From assembly GCA_000004985.1 (NCBI GenBank), contig GG738863.1: a stretch of DNA of 64,000 nt; one strand, written 5' to 3'. Source of the DNA: Naegleria gruberi. Lineage: Eukaryota. Below the pieces are notes generated by a model, which was not told where the DNA came from, made no database searches, and was given only the letters and a program-made list of their open reading frames with translations. This document shows, piece by piece, positions 11,621 through 21,495 of this stretch (its first letter is position 1; each line of letters starts with the position of its first letter). The position numbers and the translations under genes are program-made.

Positions 11621-12998
11621 TTATTCCAAGTTTAATTGTTTGTGGAATAACTTGTATGCTTTCAAAGCAATATCACCATTTCTGTCCCATTGTTGAAGAA
11701 TATCAATCCATTCAATTGGAATAGATGATGCACCATAAATAGCACCTGCAATTGAAGCAGTTACTGCAGTGTATGAATCAGAATCGCCTCTCATGTTGGC
11801 TGATTTGAGAACAGCCTCTGTGAATGAATTTGTAGAGTGAACACAGTGAAGTGCCATAGCAACAGCATCCATTGCATATGATCCAACATATCCAGGTTGT
11901 TGTTTAGCTCTCTTTGCACAGAACTTGAAGTTTGGATTCTTCCAATTCCAATCTCTATCTTCAACACTGAGATGTTGATTGGATTCATGTGAGTCTTCAG
12001 CCTTACTTTCAGATAAACACTTGACACTGTACAAATCGGTGGTGAAATCACTCAAATCTTCAATAACATCCTTCTTACCATCTGCATTATTGATGGCCTT
12101 TACAATAATATGAGCTAATAATCTACACAAGTCGGCAGCTTCATCTCCTTGGTGAGTTGTCTTACTTTGTTTGTAGGCAATTTCCATGGCTGTCTTGATA
12201 TCATCATGATAAAAAACTGGTACGGCAGCATGTCTCATGACACTACCATTTCCTGATGTAAATTTATCACCAGATTCAGTAAAAGCAATAGAGCTATCTC
12301 CCAAAAATTCAGTAAAAGATCCAGAAATATTACCACCAAGACCAACTGATGATCTTTGAGATCCATCCTTTGCAAATCCAAAAGCGTTACAATATCCAAG
12401 ATACCACCAATTCTATATTGTCATAAATTATACCACCTATTAGAAAATAATAAATTATTCTAAACCTACCACAAATCTCAATCTTAAATCAATAGGATCA
12501 AACTTTTGACAAACCAACAAACTATCAGCCAAGCACAACCCCTTTTGAAAAATGTCAATTTCAAACTTGAATACTATTAAAACATACCATTGAAAAATCG
12601 TCTGTCCATTGACCAGGCTTGAGATCAAATCTATTATATTGCTCTTTTTGCCAAATTTCAGCATGATCCAAACCTTTCAATTCATCTGATCCATATCTAA
12701 CTGCTGAAAATTCCAAAGGAGCTCCCAAACTATCACCAATAGCATTTCCAATGAATGCTCCGAGTGCTCTATCTTCATGTGCATCCAAAGTCTTATTTCT
12801 CAACTTGTCTTGAACCAATTGTCTTTCGGAGAGAATCTTTTCAGTCTCATCCAAGACTGAAAATTTAGATAAAGAAAAACTTGTATATTCATTCGATTGG
12901 ATCACTGATACACCTCGTTCCGCATTGGTAAAACAAGCAGCAATGGCTTGTGATCTATTTTCAAAGACTTTCTTTCCGGCTGATTGTGCGTTTCCCAT
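11621..12998 (-). CDS. ADP-ribosylglycohydrolase (ARH/DraG family) protein; two exons, minus 12998..12588 and 12412..11621, with a ~175-bp intron
   Basis: Exon 1 contains GAFIGNAIGDSLGAPLEF and ...WTDDFSM, ending at ATG|GTATGT. Exon 2 follows the acceptor ATAG and contains GSVMR and GDSDSYTAVTASIAGAIYG, the ARH metal-binding motifs. The N-terminus MGNAQS fits an N-myristoylation consensus. Confidence 0.65.
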
Positions 12999-13342
12999 CT
13001 TGACTTATTTTTTTAAATTAAATTTAAAATAGAATTTGAAGAAGAACTTTGCTTGGTTTACAATTTTTGCTGTTCATACTTCCAGTTTTTATTGGAGAAG
13101 ATTAACTTGAAAAGATTCATTATTATTGCTGGTTCAATATAGTTTCAATGGTTTGCATTGGGATTGGTTGCAATAATTTGAAAATTAGAGACTTTTGTGT
13201 GGTAATATCAAAAGTTGAATCTCGTTCAATGTTTGGATTGTTGTAAATGATGAGTGATTGTAGGTTGGGTAATTGTAAATTGGTCACTTTGAGTTGTAAT
13301 CTGTCATTTGCAAAGAGATTTAGTTGTTTGAGGTGTGAAAGG

Positions 13343-15589
13343 CTAATATTTTGTGCTTTGACATTGGGAAATTCTAATCTTTTGAATATGTGGTAGCATG
13401 GCCAAATTAAGACATTCAATGTTATCATCTGGTAGATTGTTTAGATTGCTAATAATTTCACTAATGCTATTCATATTTTCAGTGAGGAATGAATGGCTGA
13501 AAAGTGAGACCTTTGTCAAATACAGTTTTCTTAGATTCTTCAATGGGTTGAGGTCTATGGAAATGATACCGCCTTTAGCTTGCAAATTTTCCAGCTTTTC
13601 ACATTTTGATAGCATTATAAGTTTCTTCTCTAAATGAATTTCAACCTTTTGTGATCGTGTGAGTTCACTCGTATAAATAGTATTCTCATTCACTAAGGAA
13701 GTGTTTAGAAAGTCTGCAATTTTGTTTGTCTCTGTATTCTCGAATATTGCTGTGGTATAATAAAAAAGATCCTGGTAGTTAGATCTTACAATAACAACTC
13801 TTCCAACTTGTTTAAACTCTTGAATGAGGCTTGTAATTGGTTGGATCATTTCCGTTTCATTTCCTACCCATAAATTAAATTCCAATTCATCTACTGTAGT
13901 ATTTCCAACCTTACCCACAAACGATTTTGCAATAAGAACATCCTCATAAATTACCAATCTTGACACGTGTTTCACATTAAACTGGTTGACTTGTGTGCCC
14001 ACATTAACGTAAATAGTACCACAACTTTCACAATCCAAGTCCAAACTTGGACTTGCCACATCAGAGTAGAGTCCATGTGAGATATGATCAATTCTTTTTT
14101 GATTCATAATCTTTAGACTGGTTGCACCCCTCTCTGTATTTACATATTCCAATGAAGCACAATTATCTATTACAAAAGATGGGCAAGAAGTACTATGGAT
14201 AGCTTTTAACTTGGTCAATCCTGTCAAGGTAATTGGTGAATAAGAGGAAACAGCTAACTTTTCTAGGTTTGGAGTATTTAAGAAATCACTGTTATCAATG
14301 TGGCATGATACATCTCGCAAGCTTAGTAGCTTTTTCTGTCTTTCTGTGATAACAACAGTTGACCTTCTTTGATAACATCCAAGTCTCCATAATTTCGGCA
14401 ACTCTACACCATCAAATGTAGTAAGTCCATCTGAACAAAATATTTCCAAGTGAGGTAGTATAAAATTTGAATCCAACAAAATATTTGCTTGATAGTAGGT
14501 AAGGTACAGTTCTTTCAGATTTGAAAAGTAATGTTTTGAAAAAGCGTACATTAAAGCTTGGTCCTTAACTGATATTGCACTTAGAATAGATACCTTGTCG
14601 TGAACTAGCTCAATTGAGGAATCAAATTTTCTTGTCCAATTTTTAGAATAAGTAGATAGACCACCAAACCTATAAACCCCAACAGATTCTAAATTCTCGA
14701 ATGAATGCATATCACTGAGTGATTCGTATAACATAACTTCTTTTAACTGATTTTTAAATCTCTGAGGCAAAGCTGTTTGAATATCGAGAATGGAACACGT
14801 AAAAATCTCCAAGTGATCCAATTTAAGTTCATCAGAAATTTCAAATTGAGGTACATTTTGATTCTTCGTATTGGTGTGTGATTCCAGCACTGCAAGCTTG
14901 GAAATGTTAGGAAATCTCTCCTCAATAACTTTAAGAACTTCATTCAATTTTTCCAAATTGGAATTGCCAATTGTTAGACTTTGAATTTCAACAGCAACAT
15001 TACTTCCGAATGTATCATGAAACAATTCACAAAATATCTCAATTAAAGCAACCTCAGTTGAATAGAAATATTCCACTCTCTTTTTTACCTTTGAATAAGC
15101 TTGCATATTGGAAAAGTCCTTCCCAACACTCAACTCCATACACGAAATTCCCATCAAGGAATAATCATCAACGCTTGGAACATTAATTCTTTTCGGAGCA
15201 TTTGCCAAAAACTTCATCATATCCAAAGATCGGTCAAAATATCTTCTCCAAAACATTATAAAACTCTCACTCTTTCTAATCAATTCTCTCATGTGTCTAT
15301 TCACACCACATAAAGGTATAATTAAATTTGCTAAATCAAAATAATCAATATCCGATCTGGCTCGTTCCCATCTGTTCCAAGTAGTGTAGCATCCTGACAA
15401 TTCTTTATTTTCAAATTTTGCATTATCGATCGCTTGGAGAGCATGATGATGTTTTTCGAACTTTTCTCCAATGAGAAATTTTAATATTTGCATGAGCAGC
15501 TCATCAGGAAGATCCTCTAATTGTGACATTTTTTTAAACACTTTACAATGATCTATCTTGGAAATGAAATTGATAACCACACCAAACAA
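13343..15589 (-). CDS. F-box / leucine-rich-repeat protein
   Basis: F-box near the N-terminus (LEDLPDELLMQILKFL) followed by a long LRR-like region. A further LRR-like ORF (13123..13428) overlaps the 3' end in another frame, so a frameshift or short intron is possible there. Confidence 0.5.
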   Translation of the reverse strand: MFGVVINFISKIDHCKVFKKMSQLEDLPDELLMQILKFLIGEKFEKHHHALQAIDNAKFENKELSGCYTTWNRWERARSDIDYFDLANLIIPLCGVNRHMRELIRKSESFIMFWRRYFDRSLDMMKFLANAPKRINVPSVDDYSLMGISCMELSVGKDFSNMQAYSKVKKRVEYFYSTEVALIEIFCELFHDTFGSNVAVEIQSLTIGNSNLEKLNEVLKVIEERFPNISKLAVLESHTNTKNQNVPQFEISDELKLDHLEIFTCSILDIQTALPQRFKNQLKEVMLYESLSDMHSFENLESVGVYRFGGLSTYSKNWTRKFDSSIELVHDKVSILSAISVKDQALMYAFSKHYFSNLKELYLTYYQANILLDSNFILPHLEIFCSDGLTTFDGVELPKLWRLGCYQRRSTVVITERQKKLLSLRDVSCHIDNSDFLNTPNLEKLAVSSYSPITLTGLTKLKAIHSTSCPSFVIDNCASLEYVNTERGATSLKIMNQKRIDHISHGLYSDVASPSLDLDCESCGTIYVNVGTQVNQFNVKHVSRLVIYEDVLIAKSFVGKVGNTTVDELEFNLWVGNETEMIQPITSLIQEFKQVGRVVIVRSNYQDLFYYTTAIFENTETNKIADFLNTSLVNENTIYTSELTRSQKVEIHLEKKLIMLSKCEKLENLQAKGGIISIDLNPLKNLRKLYLTKVSLFSHSFLTENMNSISEIISNLNNLPDDNIECLNLAMLPHIQKIRISQCQSTKY

Positions 15590-15683
15590 GTATTGTAATG
15601 TTTATTTCTGTTAAAATTGAATGAGTTGAAATTAATCTAAAAATGGTTGATTTCTATTTTAGGAATTTTTAAAAAACAGTAAA

Positions 15684-17342
15684 ATGAAAAAAATAGCAAG
15701 TCATCTATGCAAACCAAGAGCTGAAATTTTGGTTGGAAGTAAAGCATCAAGAAAATCTTCAAATGGCCTATTCAATGCTTCAAAAGAACAAGTACGAAAC
15801 TTGTTAATGAATGCTCAACACACTGGTAAACAAAACATTTCATTCGAACACAAAATTCTCACAGCAGAAGAAGCCTTGAAGAGTCATATTAAAATGGGAG
15901 ATGTTGTTTTCCTTCATACTGGATGTGCTACTCCAAAGCATTTGATTAAAAACTTTGATTGTCTAATTCCAAAAGTCAAGTGAAACTGCCAAAAGTCATC
16001 ATGAAAAGGTGCAATTGGTTGGGTTGCACATTAGCTATTATCACAACGAACAACCTCCTCATTTGTTGAAAGAGAATTCGGCATATTTTCATACGAATTC
16101 AATGTTTTTTGGTCCTCACGAACGAAAGGCGCTCTACGAATCCGATAGACAAGTAATTGACACTAATTCACCAATTGACTATTTGCCAATCTTCTTGAGT
16201 GAAGCACCATTATTGTTCAAAAGCGGGAAATTCCCAATTGATGTTGCTCTAATTTCAGTTTCTCCACCAGACAGGCATGGATTTTGCTCCCTAGGAGTTT
16301 CAGTTGACATCTCTGCAGCTGCTGTTCAGTGTGCAAAGAGAGTCATTGCCCAAATCAATCCCAACATGCCAAGAACTCACGGAGATGGTTTTATTCATGT
16401 GAATAATGTTGATTGTTTTGTTGAGTTTTCTGAGGAGGTCTGTTTACCTATTGTTTCTCAAATTAAACTCAATAAGGATCAAGAAAATGCTGCAATTTCA
16501 GACAGTTTCAATGTATTGAATCATAGAGGTGGTGTCATTACGCAAACAGATCCTGAAATAGCCCATGTAGATGAAATTCATAGAAGGATTGGAGAATATG
16601 TAGCTGAATTGATTCCAAACAGGGCCTGTATTCAGATGGGAATTGGAGAAATCCCAAATGCAATCTGTTCGTCACTAATTAATCATACAGATTTGGGAAT
16701 TCATACTGAGACAATGTCAGATGGTGTATTGGAATTGTTCAATAGAGGTGTCATTACTAACAAGTACAAGAATGTTCATCCAGGATTATCTGTTTGCTCA
16801 TTCGTGTTGGGTTCTAAGGAAATGTTCGATTTCGTTGATGACAATCCAGAATTTTTATTCAGAACTTCAGACTTTGTGAATGGTAAGTTGAGTGAAAATT
16901 GAACATTTACAAACTTGTGAAAATCAAACTTACAGATGGTGCAGTAATTAAAATGAATAATAACATGATAGCCATCAATAGTGCAATTGAAATTGACTTG
17001 ACAGGTCAAGTATGTGCAGACTCTATTGGTACAAAAATTTATAGTGGAGTAGGAGGTCAATTAGATTTCATGTCTTCATCTGCAAAATCAGAAGGTGGTA
17101 AACCAATCATTGCCATTCCAAGTTGTACTCGTAAGGGAGATTCCAAAATTGTTGGAATGCTTCAAAATGGTGCTGGAGTGGTCACCACAAGAAGTCACAT
17201 TCACTACGTCTGTACAGAGTATGGTATTGCTGAGCTTTATGGAAAGAATATGAGACAACGTGCAAGAGAATTGATAAGAGTTGCTCATCCCAAACATAGG
17301 GATAGACTTATTTCAGAAGCTAAACAATTCTATGGATTATAA
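15684..17342 (+). CDS. Acetyl-CoA hydrolase/transferase family protein (4-hydroxybutyrate CoA-transferase-like); three exons
   Basis: Matches the AbfT/Cat2 family along its length: MGDVVFLHTGCATP; ISVSPPDRHGFCSLGVSVD...HGDGFIHVN; DGAVIKMNNNMIAINSAIEIDLTGQVCADSIG...GVGGQLDF. Intron 2 is unambiguous (AATG|GTAAGT...CTTACAG|AT, 16883..16935, 53 bp). Intron 1 lies near 15966..16008 and may be only ~34 bp; its exact boundaries are uncertain. Confidence 0.7.
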
Positions 17343-17459
17343 TAAAATGAATTATAAAAATAAATAAATATATTGAGCAATTCATGCAAAGTAGTTCTAA
17401 AGCTCTTGATTTTAAATAAATGCTAAATAAACCCTTCAATTTTGTTGGAAACTATCAAA

Positions 17460-17604
17460 TTCCGAATTCAAAAACTTCCGAATTATCAATTTTGAACCTT
17501 TTCACACCATAATCTCACTTTAAATGATCTAAGAATAAACAAATCTTAAATATTTCATGTAGTATCGGGACTTTCCAATTCCGAACCAAAAATAGTTTTC
17601 CGAA
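17460..17604. promoter_or_regulatory. Four copies of the heptamer TTCCGAA 170-315 bp upstream of the HSP104 start; candidate heat-shock-type promoter element
   Basis: TTCCGAA occurs at 17460, 17476, 17579 and 17598. The motif combines the TTC/GAA half-sites of heat-shock elements with non-canonical 1-nt spacing. The position upstream of a heat-shock gene is suggestive only. Confidence 0.3.
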
Positions 17605-17774
17605 ACCCAAAAATAAAAATTACCAAATCAAATAAAAAGCACAAATCCATTAAGCACCAAAAAAATTCCCAACAAGAAAAAAACAAGACAATAACAACTT
17701 AGCTACTCTGCTAATAATTATTTGCGCTATATAGTCCGAGTGTACATACAAATCTAAACAATAACAATAACAAA

Positions 17775-20459
17775 ATGAATCCAGATAAATTTACTGATAA
17801 GACAAATCAAACCATTTCCGATGCTTACATGATGGCAAAGGATAGAAAACATATTTTCATATCACCTCTTCATGTTGCTGCTGTGATTTTTAATCCCGAT
17901 GATAAACAATCTTTGGGTTTTTTAGTTTGTAAGAAGGTTTCATCATCACAAAAAACAATTGATTGTAATAAGATTGCAGATGAATTGAAGAATGCTATGA
18001 ATACAAAGATTTCAGTGCAAGATCCACCTGTGGAAGATTTGGCACCAAATAGAAGATTAGTTTCAGTTTTACAAGCTGCTGAAAAGATTAAGGATCAATT
18101 GGATGATCATTTACTTGCAGTGGATCATGTATTACTTGCCTTGATGGATGACAGTGATGTTTCAAACGCAATTCTCAAAGCTACTAATAATCAATTGACT
18201 AAACAAGTGTTGAAAGATACTCTTGCTTTGATTAGAGGTGGTAAAAAGGTTGATTCTAAACAAGCAGAAACTGGCTATGATGCTCTCAATAGATATGGTG
18301 TTAACATGGTAGATATGGCCAGACAAGGAAAATACGATCCATTAATTGGAAGAGACAAAGAACTTGCTCGTATGATTAGAGTTCTTTCAAGAAGAACCAA
18401 GAATAACTGTTGCTTACTTGCTGAGCCTGGTGTTGGTAAATCTGCCTTGGTAGAAGGTTTGGCAATGAGAATTGCAACAGGAGATGTTCCAAAGAATCTC
18501 CAAACTCAATTATATTCACTTGACTTGGGTAGTATGGTTGCTGGTAGTAAATTCAGAGGTGAATTTGAAGAAAGATTGAAGAGTATCCTTAAGGAAGTTG
18601 AAGAATCTGGTGATGTTATTCTCTTCATTGATGAAATTCACACCTTGTCAGGAGCTGGTTCTACTGGTGATAACTCTTTGGATGCTTCCAATATGATTAA
18701 GCCACTCCTTGCAAGAGGTGTATTGAGATTAATTGGTGCAACTACTCCAACTGAATATCGTAAATATATTGAGAAAGACGCCGCCTTGGAAAGAAGATTC
18801 CAACCAGTCTACTTGGCAGAACCTAATGTTCAAGAAACAATTAGTATCTTGAGAGGTCTTAAATCTAGATATGAAGCTCACCACGGTGTAAGAATTCTTG
18901 ATAGTGCAATCGTTGAAGCTGCTAGATTGAGTGCCAGATATATTCAAGGTCGTTACAATCCAGATAAGAGTATTGATTTGATTGATGAAGCATCCGCTAA
19001 CATTAGAGTTCAATTGAATTCCAGACCTGAAATTATTGACACTTTGGAACGTAAGAAACTCCAATTACAAGTTGAAGCAACTGCGCTCGAAAAGGAAAAG
19101 AATTATAGTGATGAAAAGACCAAGCAAAGATTGGAACAAGTCAAGAATGAGATTTCCAAGGTTGACGAAGAACTCAAACCAATCAAGCTTAAATATGAGG
19201 CTGAAACTTCATTGGTCAATGAATTGAGAGAAAAGAATCAAAAACTTGAAAAATTGAAAGCCAAGATGGTTGATGCTGAAGCTAGGTATGACTTGGCATT
19301 GGCCAGTGATTTGAAATATGGTGCAATTCCAGAAATTGAAGAATCAATCCAATCACTCAAGAAGAAGATTGAACAAAAGGAAGAAGACGATAGAAAGAAT
19401 GGTGTGAATAGTGCAAATATGACCAGTGACGTTGTCACACCAGAACAAATCAACGAAGTTATTGCCAGATGGACAGGTATTCCAGTTCAAAGATTGAATG
19501 AAAGTGAAAAGGATAAGGTATTGAAATTGGAAGAAAGATTGATGAAGAGAGTTGTTGGACAAGAAGATGCCATTAAATCCCTCTCTGAATCAATCATTAG
19601 ATCTAAGGCTGGTTTGAGCAATCCAAACAAACCAATTGGTTCCTTCTTATTCTTGGGTTCCTCTGGTGTTGGTAAGACATATCTTGCCAAGTCAATTGCC
19701 TATGAATTATTCGATGACGAAAAGCACATGGTCAGAATTGATATGTCTGAATTGATGGAACAACACAGTGTTTCTCGTTTGATTGGTAGCCCAGCTGGTT
19801 ATGTTGGTTATTCTGATGATAATCAATTGACTGAACCAGTCAGAAGACAACCTTACACAGTTGTATTATTTGATGAAATTGAAAAGGCCCATCCAAGAGT
19901 TCTTAATGTACTCCTTCAATTATTGGATGATGGTAGATTGACTGATGGTCAAGGTAGAACTGTCGATTTCAAGAATACTGTTATCATTATGACTTCTAAT
20001 ATTGGTTCAAAGCACTTCCTCACTATGAATGATAATAACAAGGAAACTGTGAAGAAGCAAGTCATGAATGAAGTAAGACAACACTTTACTCCTGAATTTT
20101 TGAATAGATTGGATGACATTCTCTTCTTTGAACCTCTCACAAGCAAGCACTTGGTTAATGTTGTTAGATTACAAATGGAATCTCTAACAGAAAGATTGAA
20201 AGAAAGAGACATCTCAATTGATATTAGAGATTCTGCTTGTGAGTTGGTTATTTCTGAAGGATTTGATCCAAATTATGGTGCTCGTCCTCTTGCAAGATTT
20301 ATTCAAAAGCACATTGTTACAGAACTCAGCAAACTCATGCTCAAAGGAGAACTCAGAGATGGTTCACAAATTGTCATTCAAGGTGTTGATGGTAAATTCA
20401 AATTTACTGTCTTGGATAATAATGAAGGAGTAAGTAAGTCGAAAAAAGTTAAACATTAA
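17775..20459 (+). CDS. HSP104: Hsp104/ClpB-type AAA+ protein disaggregase (cytosolic Hsp104/Hsp101 class)
   Basis: 894-aa intronless ORF with two AAA+ modules. NBD1 has Walker A LLAEPGVGKSALVEGLA. NBD2 has FLFLGSSGVGKTYLAKSIA and the sensor-2 region GARPLARFIQ. A coiled-coil middle domain lies between them. Confidence 0.9.
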   Translation: MNPDKFTDKTNQTISDAYMMAKDRKHIFISPLHVAAVIFNPDDKQSLGFLVCKKVSSSQKTIDCNKIADELKNAMNTKISVQDPPVEDLAPNRRLVSVLQAAEKIKDQLDDHLLAVDHVLLALMDDSDVSNAILKATNNQLTKQVLKDTLALIRGGKKVDSKQAETGYDALNRYGVNMVDMARQGKYDPLIGRDKELARMIRVLSRRTKNNCCLLAEPGVGKSALVEGLAMRIATGDVPKNLQTQLYSLDLGSMVAGSKFRGEFEERLKSILKEVEESGDVILFIDEIHTLSGAGSTGDNSLDASNMIKPLLARGVLRLIGATTPTEYRKYIEKDAALERRFQPVYLAEPNVQETISILRGLKSRYEAHHGVRILDSAIVEAARLSARYIQGRYNPDKSIDLIDEASANIRVQLNSRPEIIDTLERKKLQLQVEATALEKEKNYSDEKTKQRLEQVKNEISKVDEELKPIKLKYEAETSLVNELREKNQKLEKLKAKMVDAEARYDLALASDLKYGAIPEIEESIQSLKKKIEQKEEDDRKNGVNSANMTSDVVTPEQINEVIARWTGIPVQRLNESEKDKVLKLEERLMKRVVGQEDAIKSLSESIIRSKAGLSNPNKPIGSFLFLGSSGVGKTYLAKSIAYELFDDEKHMVRIDMSELMEQHSVSRLIGSPAGYVGYSDDNQLTEPVRRQPYTVVLFDEIEKAHPRVLNVLLQLLDDGRLTDGQGRTVDFKNTVIIMTSNIGSKHFLTMNDNNKETVKKQVMNEVRQHFTPEFLNRLDDILFFEPLTSKHLVNVVRLQMESLTERLKERDISIDIRDSACELVISEGFDPNYGARPLARFIQKHIVTELSKLMLKGELRDGSQIVIQGVDGKFKFTVLDNNEGVSKSKKVKH

Positions 20460-20602
20460 ATGACCACAGTTGACTAATTAGAAGCGAGTATCCAAAATGT
20501 AAATAAAATAAACTGAACATTAACTTATTGAAAAAGTTTCAAGTTCAATTTCTTCTTAATAAATACTTTATTCACAATTTTTACAATCTTGCATTCAACA
20601 AC

Positions 20603-21187
20603 CTAGTTTTGTTTCTTTTCAGTATTACCATGAACATGTCTAGTCAAAACACCATATCCCCACATGACAGTCAAAGCAGGGAAGATGATCCAAACAAATG
20701 ATGGAATAAAGTACAAACTAATCCAAGTTGGCCAATCATTGTGTCCAGTAAATTCAAATCCATCACAGATATCAACCAAAAAGTATAAAATTGTCTTGGA
20801 ACAACTCATGATTGAACCTAACAAGATGAGTGAAAATCCACAGAATGACTTTCTGCTCAACAATCCAATAATAATCAATAAAATTTCCAAAAAGTTAACA
20901 AGGGTCTGAGCAATAACAAAGCCATTTTGCAATTCACCATACGATTTGTCTACTTGAATATACAAATCATCTATTCATTAACATCATCAGATCGGAAAGA
21001 TAACAAATATTCAATAATGACAATACTTTTCAAAGTTCTACTTACAAGGAGCGAAAATAGCAAAGAAATCTCCACCCTTCATAGATCTAGGTCTCAACAT
21101 GACAAAGGCAGCATCCCAAGTTTGCAAAGCAATTTGGATCACGAGCCACAATGAAATCCACAATGGATAATCAACTTTGAACGACAT
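20603..21187 (-). CDS. Small four-helix membrane protein, possibly EXPERA (TMEM97/sigma-2-receptor-like) family; two exons, minus 21187..21046 and 20970..20603
   Basis: Exon 1 (MSFKVDYPLWISLWLVIQIALQ...FAIFAP) ends at T|GTAAGT. Exon 2 starts after TGAATAG and is in frame (YDLYIQVDKSYGEL...). Four hydrophobic helices and a WGYGVL C-terminal motif are present. The family assignment is tentative. Confidence 0.4.
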
Positions 21188-21495
21188 TTTTTTTGTTTGT
21201 GTTATATTGCAAAGCAATTCGTTCTGCGAATCTTTGTTTAAGAAAGTGTTGATGGAGTTGCGATCGGCACTGACAATGGATGTCGAAATTGGAGGAATAG
21301 TTTACAACAATAGAATGAAAAGTTTTTGAATGTTTCTATTGGTTGAAAAAATCGTCGTTGGACCCATCTTGGAAAATATGGTCCAAGAGTGGAAAGTGGG
21401 TATTGATTTTGTAAAAATATAAAATATCTAAATATTTTAGCATCTACAGAGATTATTTAAAAAAAATTATTAATATTTAATACGCCTCTCAAAAC

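Noticed and set aside
12455-12664. Numerous 60-150-aa ORFs antisense to or nested within larger genes (for example 3878..4072, 6845..7036, 18729..19064, 22594..22968, 58743..59006)
   Set aside because: They overlap strongly supported genes on the opposite strand or in another frame, have no motifs, and show the amino-acid bias expected from reverse-complementing AT-rich coding sequence.
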